Positions 38,405 through 52,560 of a stretch of 64,000 bases of DNA are shown here, piece by piece. The position numbers and the translations under genes were made by a program. The DNA is from Eledone cirrhosa. Its lineage: Eukaryota. Positions within the stretch are counted from its first letter, which is position 1. The number at the start of each line of letters is the position of its first letter. The stretch lies in NCBI GenBank assembly GCA_964016885.1, contig OZ024758.1:33108001-33172000 (forward strand). Reading direction: 5' to 3'. The notes under the pieces are model-generated. The model was not told the DNA's origin. It was given only the letters and a program-made list of their open reading frames with translations, and did no database searches.

Positions 38405-38945
38405 AACCACCTCTACCAAACACTGACCACACCACAACCACTAACACCACCACACACTGACCACACCACTAACACCACCACACCATCACACTGACCACAC
38501 CACTAACACCACCACCACACACTGATCACACCACTACCACTAACACCACCACACACTGACCACACCACTACCACTAACACCACCACACTGACCACACCAC
38601 TACCACTAACACCACCACACCTTGACCACACCACTACCACTAACACCACCACACAACCACACCACTACCACTAACACCACCACACACTGACCACTAACAC
38701 CACCACACAACCACACCACTAACACTAACACCACCACACCACTAACACTAACACCACCACACAACCACACCACTAACACTAACACCACCACACCACCACA
38801 CACTGACCACACCACTACCACTAACACCACCACACACTGACCACACCACTACCACTAACACCACCACACCCTAACCACACCACAACCACTAACACGACCA
38901 CAACCACTAACACCACTACCACACCACTATCACTACCTCCACCAT
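38405..38945. repeat. ACC/CAC-rich low-complexity satellite
   Basis: Variants of CACTGACCACACCACTACCACTAACACCAC. Confidence 0.9.
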
Positions 38946-39939
38946 CATATCTGCATGTCTCTCTCTCCCTATCTTTGTCCCATAATATAGTAGTTCAACA
39001 AAAAAAAAAAAAGAGATTGATAAATTATGTACCAGACTTAAAAACTAAGTACTGGGGTTGATATGACTGACTAAATCAAGACGATGGTGTCTTAGCATGA
39101 TTGCAGTCTAATGACTGAAACCAGTAAAAGAATAATATAATGTATATGAATTAATGAAGTAAAACATTTCACTAATTTCATTAACACAACTGATTATTGA
39201 GAGACATTATTTTCAAACAAAATTATATTAATATCAGGAACTGTTAGACAAAATGAACTAATGATAAAGAAATTCATTTCTGATGGAAATTAAATGAATA
39301 GATATTTTGGAAACAAGTGTTAAAAAATTAGAATAAAATTATTGATAATTAACTGTTCAACTAATTTACTTTCATTCATCAAAAACTTGTCAATATTTTT
39401 AAAGGAGAACTGTCTATGGGAGAAGAATAGCATCATAGAACAATGAAAATTAAATTTAGGAATACACAAATTCTTTATGTCCTAATGAATGAAAAAATAT
39501 ATATAAAAAGTTCTTTTCTGTCTCATAAGTTAAGTAATTATAATTATTGTATACAAGGTTGTTGAAAATGCTCACAAATAGATTTTTCTTGAACAGAAAG
39601 AAACAAACCAGTATTGCTCAAGCTTATAAAACTCATTCACCACATATTCAATGAAAATGTAAGAAATATTTAACATACATTGATCTCCTGATTTGTAAAG
39701 GGACATAAAAAAAAAATCATAGTTATATTGTTCATATTATTGTAGATGTCAAAAGCATCCTTACACTGTACAATCACAAATAAAATTATTGTTGAAAAAA
39801 TATAAATCATTATTGAAACAATATCGAGCTAATAACTTGTCACACCTGGAAATATAGAAGTGAATGCAGATATATGTAAAACTCCATTTCTTCAAGCAGT
39901 GTTGTACATTTAATTAGTTATTCTTTATCACTCCTTCAG

Positions 39940-40073
39940 CTCAGTACAGTGGAGTATATGCTTTGCTGATGAGGTCTAATAAGATAGAATTATCTCCAGA
40001 GTTGTCCCCTGTATTTGTCAAAATGATTAAAATTCTACTAGACATTGAGTCAATGCAAACCTTTCTTCACAGC
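39940..40073 (+). CDS. Candidate internal coding exon of an unidentified host gene
   Basis: Acceptor TTCTTTATCACTCCTTCAG and donor GTAAGTA. The 134 nt are open as QYSGVYALLMRSNKIELSPELSPVFVKMIKILLDIESMQTFLHS. Non-repetitive context. Confidence 0.45.
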
Positions 40074-40233
40074 GTAAGTATTTATAATTACATGTTTTTT
40101 TTTATGCTCACTATTGCTAGCAGGAGAAACGGATGTTAAAATGATGATGATGATGATGAATAACTTAAATTTGAAAAGTTTGTGGGTTTGGATAAATTTA
40201 CATGCTGTATTGAAATGAGGAATCTTCTCTCCA

Positions 40234-40604
40234 CAGACCTGTCAACTCACCCCGCCCAGTGGGGAGATCTCTCACCCACTGTGGGTGGGAGATGTCTTCT
40301 CTTGTGAAAATGGGTTTAGCTTTCATTATGTAAAATCTCCCCGACAGTGAATTGGCAGTATCGGTAGAGGGTCGGACGCTATGCTTTCCAGCATAGTTAC
40401 GTCCCTTTACGATCTGAGTTCAAATCCCGCCGAGGTTGACTTTGCCTTTCATCCTTACGGGGTTGATAAAATAAAGTACCAGTAATACACTGGGTAATTG
40501 CTGGCCTTGTGCCTAAAGTAGAAATAATTATGTAAAATCTCCCCGTTTTGGGCACTTTTTTTCATGGTACTCCCTGTTTGGGTTTTTAGAGGTTGGCAGG
40601 TCTG
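40234..40604. mobile_element. hAT-like MITE with a nested SINE A
   Basis: TIRs CAGACCTGTCAAC and GTTGGCAGGTCTG. The SINE at 40343-40526 is flanked by the TSD ATTATGTAAAATCTCCCC. Confidence 0.75.
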
Positions 40605-42429
40605 ACAACATATAAACTCATCCCACCTCACAAACTTTATTGTAAAATTCTTGTTGACATAGACCATCTACAATTTCTTCAGACCCTCTTTTAAAATTAA
40701 AAATACATTTCATTCAGTTGATTCTTCAGAGATGTTTCAGTAGGGAGAGTACACCAATGTTTCTTGTCATCCATAGAAGATTTGGAGAATGTTGAAAATA
40801 TCTAATATATCATATTGTTAAAATATTATTTCTAGCCTTTTCTCTTCAGATAATACCTCAGGCTTTTACTTGTTATATTTTTCCAGAGACAAAGGCAATT
40901 GTGTTATGACATGTGTACATTTCTATTTGAAGTAGCAGTTCTTTTCTTTCAGTAATAATTAAAATTTGCTTGTTTTGCAACACTGTTCAAGGAAACAGTC
41001 AAAGGCAAACTGAAACTGAAACTAAAACACTTGAATTTAACAGCCTGTAGTTTGGGATGTGGTGTGTTCTGTCAGATAACTCTTTTATTCATACAGGATA
41101 AAAGGATAAAAGATTGATCACCTCTAGATATGAAAATGTGGAAGTCAGTAAATGTTTCTTCTATGAGATTCTACAAGTAGATGTTGAACAACATCCTTGT
41201 AGTATTCCTACACATCATTTGAACTTTGGAGTTCTTGTTCAGAAATGTATTGGTAAAAATCTCTGTAGTGTACCTTGGATAAAACTTGTTGAAATTATTG
41301 TTTCTCATTACTTATGAAAAACCATTATGCCAGACAAGTTGAAAAGGTTCTTGCAGTTAATACAAATGTGGAATATTTTATTGATATTAAATGTACCATA
41401 TATACTCAAATATAAGGCAACCCCCTATTTTATGTCTGAGAAATGGATAAAAATACAAATACCGTTTATAAACTGAGGCAGATAATCAACACATTATGTT
41501 TAGAAGGTGTGGTTCTGAAGTTCTCAGTGGAAAAATATTTACAAAGTTTAATATTGTGATATTTGAAATGTTTTAAATGTTGTTTAGAGTGAAGTTTTTG
41601 TTTCACAAATCCACTACAAAATGACTTTAGAGGTGGCGAGAGACAGCAAGTGAGATAAGGGAGAAGAATTGAAAGAAAAAGTATAATTATATATGTCACA
41701 GAGAAAAAACGGTCTGTGCATGTGCATGTGTGTATGCGCTTATGTGTTGGGAATATTTATGTATTAAAAAGTTCCAATAATAAAACTTTGTAAGAATGTT
41801 CTCAAGGCAATGCATAAATAAAACTCATGGCGATATAGGAAATGTAGAAAGTGTTTCATTGTGAAATAATCACTCCAGATATTTTAGCACCTTATTTACA
41901 TAGAATTTGAAGTTGGTAAAAGTCATTAAAATACTGACCCCAAATAGAAGCTGACCCCTATTTCACCATCGATCTTTTTAGTCACATATTCGTTGTCTTA
42001 TATATAGAGTAAGTTCTCTCTAGATAGGTAAGTGATGCAACTTTTAGACCTTTGCAAAAGCTCCGTTTACGTTATACTTAATAAATTAATGTCAGAAAAT
42101 GGAGGAATGTTTGGACACGTTTGATTAATGATTTTGTTGTTATTACTGAAAATATAACAATTAACAGTTGTAATTAGATATGTGGCTGATAGAGTCCGGT
42201 TATGTATGCCGAATCTGGAAAGATGGTTGGTCTGCATTTGATTTGCCAAATTTGGAGTACGGTTTGGTTTAGCAGGAGATATGAATACAGGTTGGCATTT
42301 GGTTTAGGGTGTTTGCTGAGTGTCTGTGGACTGATTGGAACAATAACAGTTTTATTTATGTATATAATCTATTTCCTACGGGTACAGGCAGAAGCTGAAG
42401 CATATATACATTATGCCCCCACCCCATCC

Positions 42430-42650
42430 TCGCACTCTAAAGTGGTCATGTAAGTGTCATGACAAAAAGCACCCAGTACTCACTGTAAATGAGGTTGGTG
42501 TTAGGAAGGGCATCCAGCTGTAGAAACCAAGCCAAAATTAGTTCTGTATAAGCAAGACAGTCACCTGACCTAGCATTGCCCACAACAGGACAACTTGTCT
42601 AACCCATGCTAAAGTGGAAGAATGGACGTAAAATGGTAATGATGATGAAT
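42430..42650 (+). mobile_element. SINE B / RTE 3' tail fragment
   Basis: GGTTGGTGTTAGGAAGGGCATCCAGCTGTAGAAA...AACCCATGCT...(GAT)n. Confidence 0.8.
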
Positions 42651-42764
42651 CTAAATGAGGAAAGATGAATTCAGATGTTGCTCCAGAACTTAACCTTTTA
42701 TCTTCATTCTCATTTTAGAAAAAACAGAGAAGTGATTTGATAATCATTGGAAATACTGACAATG

Positions 42765-42875
42765 TATAACCCAAATACAACTACATTCTGGAACCTAAAT
42801 ACATCTACATTCTGGAACCTAAATACATCTACATTCTGGAACCTAAATACAACTACATTCTGGAACCTAAATACA
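42765..42875 (+). repeat. 24-bp minisatellite, ~4 copies
   Basis: CTAAATACA(A/T)CTACATTCTGGAAC repeated. Confidence 0.9.
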
Positions 42876-43559
42876 AAACATAAAAATGCATTCAATTCTA
42901 TTTATTCACAAATTTCAGAATAAAGAGTTAAACAAAAAATAATAAACAATCATATTCTGTTGTATGAAGTTGGATAAAGTTTGTTTGGCAAAACCTACTT
43001 ACTTAATAATTATAAGATTTTCAAAGTAGAATATAAAAAATACCTTCCATTGATACAATATTTATATATTGCTTCGGTACTTATAAAAAAGCTTCTTAAG
43101 TTAAAGACAACATATATGAAAGCTTGTAAACTGCAAGTATTGAAATATACACTAAATATTGATAAGATATTTCTTTTAACCATTTCCAAACTATGTTTTA
43201 AAGAAAGAAAATGAGGATCAGTTGTAATGCTTCTTTCTGAAGAATAACTACTGTTTCTATTATGAAGATATCACTACAGTAAAGAGCATCCACTATTGGA
43301 GAACAGACCATGTATAGGTTTTTCTCAAGCAACATTTACACCATGCACATCCTCTAATGAGAGGAAATATAGCATTTAACAATAACAAACACAAAGAGGG
43401 GACACCTTAAAGCTGGTCTTTACCATTCTGATACCAATGCAACCAAAACCACCCCTGGTTCCAAGAAAGAAAACCACCCATTTCAAATAATTCTTATATA
43501 AATTTACATCTTCCAACATGATATTATACAAGAACCATTTGTTAAGTTATTGGATTAGG

Positions 43560-45201
43560 TAAAATGGGTAAAGACCTCTTCAGTCACAAATGACCTTGAG
43601 ATTTGCAACTAGGAAGTTTCCCTCCAGTAAGGTGTTGACCTGTCACAGTCTGCCTGCTTCAATTGGGTGCTTGGAGATCAGGGAAAACACCGAAGAGCAG
43701 AATGTAAACCCTGCACCAGGCAAAGAAAGAAGAAAGAAAAGAAAGCTACCAGTGCTGTGACTGGCAACCTGGAATGTCAGGACCATGTGCTCCGGCCTCT
43801 CTGACGATCTTCAACAGGTCGACAACACTAGAAAGACAGAAGTCATCAGTCGTAAACTCAAGAGGCTCAATATTGATATCACTCCACTGCAAGAAACCAG
43901 ACTTTCATCAAACGGCAGCCTAAATCAAAGGACTATACATTCTTCTGACAGGGGAAGGTCCCTGACGAGCACCAAGTGCATGGCGTGGACTTTGCAGTGA
44001 GAAACTCTCTGCTGTCTTCAATCGAACTGCCTTCAGAAGGCACAGCTCACATTCTTTCTCTTCGCCTCACAACCACCTCAGGCCCCGCGAACATCATCAG
44101 CGTCTATGCCTCCATGCTTTGCTGCTCCTCAGCAGAGGCGAAGGGTGAGTTCTATGAGGAGCTTGAGACTGCCATCAAGAAGTTACCCACCTCAGAACAC
44201 TTGTACCTTCTTTTTAATGCTCGGATTGGTGCGGATCATATCTCCTGGCCCCGATGCATCGGCCACTTTGGCGTCAGCAGGCTCAATGAGAACGGGAAAA
44301 GACTCCTTGAGCTATGCTCCTTTCATGACCTCTGCATCACGAACACAAAAACCAACCAGAGAGTGTCCTGGTGCCACTACAGATCTCGTTACTGGCCCCA
44401 GTTCGATCTCGCCATCACTTGAAGACCCTCACTACTCGCAGCTACCACAGCGCTGACTGCGACACTGATCACTCTATGGTCGCCAGCAAAGTGTATCTTC
44501 ACACCCAAGTGTAGCCATTGATCAAAACAGAAGGGACGTCTTCGAATCAACACAACTATGACATCAGTCCCTGAACTACGCGAACGCTACTCAGACACCA
44601 TCCAAGAAGCCCTTAGCAACTGCCCAACTAGCAGTGCGGAAGAGAGATGGAACCATATCCATGGTGCCACTCTCGACACTTTTGGAAGGAAAGAGCAGAA
44701 AAACCCCAACTGGTTTGAGGCCGGAATTATGGACCTCGAGCCAGCCATCTCATCCAAGAGAACTGCGTTACTCAACCACAAATGAGACCCCTGTGAAATG
44801 ACACTTGCCGCCCTTAGGAGGGCCAGAAGTGCTAGACAGTGCGCCAACAATTTGAGCCATGTACAAGGGTATGAAAAAGGCCTTTGGTCCGTGCGCCATC
44901 AAGATAGCAAAATCATCACCAATTGCACAAAGCAAATGGAGAGACGGGTGGAACACTACCAGGCCTTGAAGCGGTGGCAGCTGACAACTTGCCATCAAGT
45001 CGGCCATTAAGACATCAGAGGAGAGAGGAGCAGTGGGAAGAGAGAGGAACACGCAGACGTCAGAGAGCAGAGTTAGCTCCCTTGGACGCAACAGGACCTG
45101 CTGTTCGAGGAACAGGGTGTACAGCCGTCGCTGCAGCTCCACCACAGACTGACTTCCATGGCGCAACAATCTTCATTGTCTTCAGAGACAGATGGATGCC
45201 A
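43560..45201 (+). mobile_element. Internally deleted RTE (BovB-like) LINE: 5' UTR, APE endonuclease and 3' end
   Basis: LATWNVRTM, LQETR, HGVDFAV, ISVYA, FNARIG and NENGKRLLELC endonuclease motifs. The RT region is absent and the sequence jumps near 44960 to the C-terminal end. Confidence 0.82.
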
Positions 45202-45919
45202 GAATATATTGGGAATGAAATAATTAATTGTATGAGTAAACCCTTCAAAATTCTACATTAATTAGTTGCAAGATAGTATATTTCATTATAAATTTGACCA
45301 CAAAATGTTGTTTTTTTAATCTACCAAGATTGAAGGTACAATATTTTATCAACGATCTACCAACCATAAACAAAGATCTTTTAGTTCATGGAGACCATGA
45401 AAAGATTCAACAACAGAAACTTTTCACTATTTTTCTGATTTAAGATTCTTTTGCCTCCTGTTTTCTTTCTCTCAGTGTCTTTTCTTTCTTCTTGACTTTG
45501 TTTCTTGATAGATATGTCACCTTGTATGTTATGGCTTACTAGCTCTATACAGACATTTAAATGTATTCAATAAATGAATATATAGATTTTACTCCTGTGG
45601 TTCCCAACATTCTGTGCACTATATCCCACCTCAATATCTCAAAAATTATCATCCCAGCCCCCCATGAAAACAGCAATGATCAACTGCAAAGTATAGTTGG
45701 TGCCAGATGCACAATAATGTGTGGAGGAGGTGAGAGAGGAATTTCTGACAATTAAAGTAATAAAGTAAAACCTGAAGTTTTTTCTCATTAGCATTATTTC
45801 CAAATTGCTCCCGTTAATCATTTAACCCGGTTGGGCATGTACCCTATGTTGGGAATTATTGTCCTACTTGGTTCTAAGAAAATATAGAACCACTTGTTCA
45901 TTATGCATGAATAAGTTTC

Positions 45920-46184
45920 CACATTTAAACCGGCTGTACCTGGCCAGAATTCTCTCATTCTTTCCGTTCAAACCAGCTGTAACCAGCTGCTCATACTTAT
46001 GTTAAGGTATTGTTCTCAAAATAAATAATATCAAAATTTTGTAGTTTCAATATTATGTGAAATAAAGTGTTTACCGTGAAAATACAATAGTATATATAGA
46101 GTAATGTAAATGTTATGTGAGATATTATGTGAGGTAAAGCCTTTACTGTGACAATACAATAGTATATATAGAGTAAAGGGTTAA
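45920..46184 (-). mobile_element. MITE related to 361-2006, carrying ~1.5 copies of the 72-bp unit
   Basis: 46075-46175 is the reverse complement of the 72-bp unit. Ends in AAAGGGTTAA. Confidence 0.8.
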
Positions 46185-47699
46185 AACAAGTTGGTTTTGT
46201 TTAATGAGTACTGTAATCAAAGTCAAATTCCATATACGTTTTAAATAACACTTGAATTAACCCAAACAACACAATATCATCTATTCTACATTAACTTAAA
46301 CATAACACAGATTACAAAACCAATAGAGAACCAAATTTTAATTACAGTAAAAATTTGTCATTAAACTTTATATAGAAATAGTTTATCTCGTACAAAACTA
46401 AACAATCAAAATATAACTTCTTTTATAATTGTGAATGTTTTTCAAAGATTCTATCATTAGAACTTTTAATGTCTTGTACTGCATGAAACCACAGCAACAC
46501 ATTTGTGAAAAGTATAAAATAGTACTGTGATTGCATCACATTAAAAGTTGAAGTCTTTCCTCTATCTCACTCTGATCGATTGACAAGATCCTAGGCCTCA
46601 TTTACTTGCCGAGTGGGATGGACCTCATCAAATCAGGCGAAGGAAACCTTTGTTTCCATTGCTGATACTATCTACCAGTCACAACTCCTGGCAGAAGGAA
46701 CAACGTGAAATAAAGTGTCTTGCTCAAGGACACAACGCATCACCCAGTCTGAGAATTAAACTTGCAACCTCATGATTGTGAATCCAACTCTTTAACTACT
46801 AAACCATGGCCTTTCACTATCTAATAGTGCAAATTTTCACTAGATTCTGTCTACTAGTAGATATACTATAAACATTTGAATTAACAAACCTGTTTTTAAA
46901 TATTTTCTGCTAAATCATTACAAAACATGAATAGTTAAATAAGTTTATTTTGTATATATATTTTAGACAAAACATATTAATCAATTTAGTTAAGAACTGG
47001 AATAATAAAAACCATTCTAACCATCATCTGACGGGCTTCCAAATAGTTGCTGTCTGCCCAATTTCATTTATTATGCATGGGTTGACATGAGGCTATGGTA
47101 AATACTTACCCAACATGCCACATTGTGGGACCAAACCTGGGACCTAATGATTGTGAAGTGAACTCCTTAATCATGTGGCCATGCTATGTCCACTAAAAAT
47201 TATATATAGAGAGAGATGGGGGAGAAAAAGAAAGGGAAGAGAGTGAGAGAGAGTGAGAGAGAGAGAGAGTGAGATGGAGAGAGATGGGTAAAATCCTGAC
47301 CGCACTGGCAAGCGGTTTTGGTGCCGTGATCAGGGTTTTACCTATTTCTATACCCACTCTGCATGCAGTGAGTACTTCCATAGTTAGTGGTTTTCCCGGT
47401 CTCAGCACTGCACTCTCTCTCTCTCTCTCTCACTCTCTCTCTATATATATATATATATGGAAATGCATGTCATATGATGATGATGATGTATATGTATTTA
47501 CATGGCTTCCTTCAGTTTCCATTTACCAAATTCATTTACACAGTATTGGTCAGCCTGAAGTTTCAGAAGAAGATATTTTCCTAAGGTGCTATGCTGTGGG
47601 ATGAGACCCAAAGCCAAGTGGTTGTGAAGTGAACTTCTTAACCACACAGCTATTCCTACATACACTTAGACAAACACCAATTAATTTATTTTAAAACAT

Positions 47700-47941
47700 A
47701 ATGGATGGAGGATGACTGCTGGGTAGAGAAGTGGCAAGAAATCCCAGTGGAAGGAAGTCACAGTAGAGGAAGACCATGAAAAACATGGGCGGAGGTAGTG
47801 AGAGCAGACCTTAGATCGCTGAAACTCACTGAGGAGATGACAAAGGACCGTGGCAAGTGGAGAGATGCTGTGCTGAATAGCACCCGTCCCACCCTTGCAA
47901 GCAGGGAAAAGCAGATGTAAAATGATGATGATGATGATGAA
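47700..47941 (+). mobile_element. RTE LINE 3' end
   Basis: RGRP*KTWAEVVRADL motif, then CCCACCCTTGCAAGCAGGGAAAA and (GAT)n. Confidence 0.8.
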
Positions 47942-48334
47942 TACCACTTTTGAGATGGGGAAACACTGACAAATTTACTTAAGTATGATCCCAGTTTGAT
48001 AATGCTACAAAATATTAGATGTAACACAAGATTATGCAACTACTTAAATATATCCTATTAAGAAGAATCATGACAAACAGCTGAGATATTTTGTTTGAAA
48101 TTATATAACATTAATATATGCCATTAAATATTTTGTAAACATTGAGACAACAAAGTACTTAAAATACACTATCTCTTCCATGAGAATATTAATTGAATAA
48201 ACAGTAAATATATCAATATAAATCATAAAAAATGAAAATTAAGATGATAAAGATTTATTTGCATGAATAATATGAATACCTTCATACATAACAAAGAGCA
48301 ATAATTAACTACTCTAGATCTCTTAGTTTTGGTC

Positions 48335-48707
48335 AGGTAGGTGTCATGGTAACAAATACCCAGCCCACACTGTAAAGTGGTTGTGTAGGTGTCATGGTAA
48401 CAAGTACCCAGCCCACACTGTAAAGTGGTTGTGTAGGTGTCATGGTAACAAGTACCCAGCCCACACTGTAAAGTGGTTGTGTAGGTGTCATGGTAACAAG
48501 TACCCAGCCCACACTGTAAAGTGGTTGTGTAGGTGTCTTGATAACAAGTACCCAGCCCACACTGTAAAGTGGTTGTGTAGGTGTCATGATAACAAGTACC
48601 CAGAACTCACTGTAAAGTGGTTGTGTAGGTGTCATGGTAACAAGTACCCAGCCCACACTGTAAAGTGGTTGTGTAGGTGTCTTGATAACAAGTACCCAGA
48701 ACTCACT
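48335..48707 (+). repeat. 48-bp tandem repeat (~7.5 copies) derived from the SINE B/RTE tail module
   Basis: AAGTACCCAGCCCACACTGTAAAGTGGTTGTGTAGGTGTCATGGTAAC repeated. Matches 22800-22920. Confidence 0.93.
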
Positions 48708-49306
48708 ATTATATTTAATATTTTTGTAAAGCAAATTTTGGTGCCATAGCCATAGTGGATAAATGTTTGGTTCCTTTAATAGATGAAGTGTTTACAATGT
48801 AAGGTTACAGAAGAGATTTCATTTCATATTTCAAGTTCTATTAAATATTGCTATAATACCACTTAAGTATCCTATTAAATCAATTATGAAAACTTATTAG
48901 TTCGGTCTAAAGTTCAGCATTGTCTGGCAAACACTTATGGATTTTCTTCTCTTACATAAAATATAAACAAAGAGAGTATGTTCGATCCTGATTTATAAAT
49001 AATATTCAGTACTATCAAAATATAAATGATTTACTATTTGTTAGTTTTAATGATAATAATCCTACAATTTTTTGTTTGTTTGTTTGTCCCTTTCCTTTCC
49101 CTAGAATGTAATTTGAAACACAGATTTACAACACTTACCATATAAAATTTTATAACCTGACATCAAATTGTAAAGAGCACAGAAGTTCTGGAATTTTAAG
49201 ATTGAAAATTTATAGTAGTTATGACAACTCTGAACAAGAGAAGATTAATATTTCATTATAAATGTAAAAATGTTTGCAGATATAGCATTGCCTTAACTAT
49301 ATATAT

Positions 49307-49872
49307 ATGGAAAAGAATGAAATAAAATTTCATTTCTCACTCTTAGTACGGCTGATACCTAAATATAAGTATGTATACGTACATACATATATGTATACAG
49401 ACGTACAGTAGTATGTATATATTTACATACATGCACACATATATATATATGTATGTATGGGTTTACTGAACATTTATTATAATGTTCGGTTTGTTTGTAA
49501 ACAAACATCCCGAATTAAGCCATACAGTGTTCGGCAACCATCGTTGCCCTTTTGTTCAACACTGACAAAGGAACGATGAACTACTTTCAAGCTTATTAGC
49601 TATCATCAGCATCGTATACCTTCCTGTCAGATGATTAAACGTTTGAAAGTATATACTTTCCTTATGCACATAAACGGCTGAGCAGCCTAATTTGCATATC
49701 GAGTGAGTTAGTTGGCCGGGCGTACCGAAAATGATGTTTACAAAAAACCGAACATTATAATAAATGTTTAGTAAATCCATACGTACATATATATATGTGT
49801 GTGCATGTATGTATATATATACATACTACTGTACGTCTGTACACATATATGTATGTACGTATACATACTTAC

Positions 49873-49875
<3 letters not shown>
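49307..49875 (-). mobile_element. Dispersed copy of the ~440-bp hammerhead unit with an inverted partial copy
   Basis: 49307-49735 matches 24996-25437. Mutated hammerhead at 49574-49614, inverted segment at ~49737-49875 and (TA)n flanks. Confidence 0.88.
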
Positions 49876-49913
<38 letters not shown>

Positions 49914-49921
<8 letters not shown>

Positions 49922-50125
49922 TAACAGATTAAAGTTTAAGCAAAGAATCGCTGCTTTCACCCTTAACAGAAGATCCCGTTAAGGGTGAAAACAGCGATTC
50001 TTTGCTTAAACTTTAATCTGTTATTTTAATAAATATTTGCTCTATGGTTCTTATATATATTCTGTGATATATATTTATCCTAATCGAGCCCTCTTTGGAT
50101 TTTAGTCTTCAAATTTATTATTATT
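49914..50125. mobile_element. Fold-back copy of the 10240-10467 hammerhead-like family in (TA)n
   Basis: An inverted partial copy is joined to CAGAAGATCCCGTTAAGGGTGAAA...AAACTTTAATCTGTTATTTTAAT. Confidence 0.8.
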
Positions 50126-51796
50126 ACTATATATATATATATATATAACATTCAAAATAATTGTTATAACTGAACAGTTAGAATCACTATGGAAACAATA
50201 ATAGTTATTTAAATAGCATAGACATTATATTGGAACCCAATATAGAGTAAACTGCTGTTGGTGTTGCCCTAATATTACCCTATATAGATAAATAAACTAC
50301 AGACCAGAAGGCCAACAACTATACAAACAGATTTATGAATGAACAGGTGAATAGATTTATGAATGCCAAACAGACTGAAAAATGAATGAAGAAGAACAGA
50401 GAGATATAGAAGTATGAATAGACAGACACATAGATGAATGAATTCAGAATGGAAAAGAGGGAGGGATATTGGGGGTGGGCAGACAAAGAGAGAGGCAAGA
50501 TAAACTCCAGTATTAAAGGGAATCTGCGAGGTTCTGCACCAACAGCAAATAATTCAAAAGGAAGTGTAGAAGTTTAACCATTTAGTATTTACGTTACTCT
50601 ATATTTACTATTATATTTTTGCGGTAAAGTCTTTACCTCATATAATTATCTCACATAATATCGAGATAGTTGCTTCTGACAGGACCCACTGGAAGGAGTG
50701 TTTGAGGACTCTGCCCCAACAACCCTGTCAGGATTAAGTGAGTGAAGAAGAAAAGAAGTAACCAAAGTTAACTCTGCCATCTAGTTATGGACGCTGCATA
50801 AGCAAATGGTTAAGAAGTTCACTTTGTTGATCAAACAAACTGGAACATTCATCATCAAACCCAATGGAAGACCTTAGTCTAGAGGAGTCCAAGCTGACCA
50901 TGGCAATAACCATTCCACATTGGGGTAATAAATATAAATAAAAGACAGAAAATGAAGTTGCCGTGAGCTGCTATGAGGAATCAAAACTCGTATCTCCCAG
51001 TTAGGCACTTTGAACCTTCAAAGTGTCTGTGAGATACAAGGTTGGATCCCTTGTAGCGGCCAATGGCAACTTCTTTTACCATCATTAAGGGTCTTCACCC
51101 TATTTTATATCTCCGAGCATGAGCACACCACTCTTTATGTTAACTTTATCCCTTTAACACTTGGTGGAGATCCGAGGGATCGGCTGTATATGTGTTTGAT
51201 TCCAATTAATTGTATGTTAGTGTTTATTAAAAATATATTGCTTTTAATAGATTATGTCCATTTTAAATAATTACACCCTAGGTTTTTTTTAAGTTAAACC
51301 TTTAAATACCAACATTCAAAAAATTAACCTGAATTGTTGAATGCTTTAAGTTGAAAAAACAAATATCATTGGAGATTTTATTAAATGAGAAATGAAACTA
51401 GGTTATGGAATAAATCAACTCAAAATTCCACAAACCTACACTTAAAATGCTTTGAAGAAATATTTAAGGATCCAGCTAAATTTAGATAAACCTCGGATGC
51501 AGCTAAGAATAAAACAAGTATTAAGTTTCATTTTTTATAAAATCCAATACTGTATAATAGAAGAGAGTCCTGATAAAAGAATTAATAGGCAGCATTAAAG
51601 CAGAAATAGAATATTAAAACCAAAGCTGACCTGTAGGATAGGAAATAATCTGGAAAGAGCCTTGGTATGACTCAAAGCTATTGATTTAGATTTATCTAAT
51701 CCTTACTGATATGGAAGATAAAAATATGAATTATGGAGCTGATTCTGTAATAAGGATGAAATACTAAGAAATAATATCTTCAATGATATTGATGGT

Positions 51797-52002
51797 AATG
51801 GTTTCTGATTTAGGCACAAGGCCAACAATTTTTGAGGAGGGTAAAAGTCTATTAAATAAACCCCAATGCGTTACAGGTATTTATTTCATCAACCCCATAA
51901 GAATGAAAGGCAAAGCTAAGCTTGGCAGGATTTGAACTCAGAACGTAAAGGGACGTAACTATGCTGCAAAGCATATTCAACGCTCTACCAATACTGCCAA
52001 TT
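51797..52002 (-). mobile_element. SINE family A copy
   Basis: Conserved core and head. Confidence 0.8.
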
Positions 52003-52149
52003 GATAATAATTCCTACAAAATCAACTCAGTTGCTTCTTAAAAATAAAATAACTGACAAGTACTGGAATCACTATAAAGGGGTCTTAACTCTTGAAGGAG
52101 TCATAGGAGGTACTATCCTGACACATGGTGTGACATGGGTATTTTACCT

Positions 52150-52560
52150 CACAGGTGCATAACTCAGAAATCTGAATCACTCCAGGTAGAGCCACTACTT
52201 CTCCAAATTGAGAGATCACAGCTCCAATACTATGGACATGTGGTTAGAATGGCTCAGAAAAGAATCGCAGGACATATATTATGGGCAAATGGTAGGGGAC
52301 CCAGAAGTAGGCCTGAGCAAGATGGTCTTCTATTCTGCCATCCCCTGGTTCTTTTCCTCTGTATTTGTCCCTCAAGGATGTGGGTAGTCAAATTCTTGAC
52401 CTTGATGACATGACCAAAATACTGAAGTTTCCTTTTCCTTACAGTTTCAACCAACTGTCGATTGGCACCAATCTCTTCCAGGATAGATTCATTTGTTCTG
52501 TGAGCTGTCCAACTAATTCTGGGTGCACGTCTGACATTTCAAATGCACTCAGTCATTTCA
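52150..52560. mobile_element. Two converging RTE 3' fragments
   Basis: Plus strand LLLQIERSQLQYYGHVVRM and minus strand RKRKLQYFGHVI..ILEGQI..KRTRG. Confidence 0.65.

Noticed and set aside
39966-39995. CTGATGAGGTCTAATAAGAT as a hammerhead
   Set aside because: No GAAA core or stem I/III pairing. It lies within the candidate exon.
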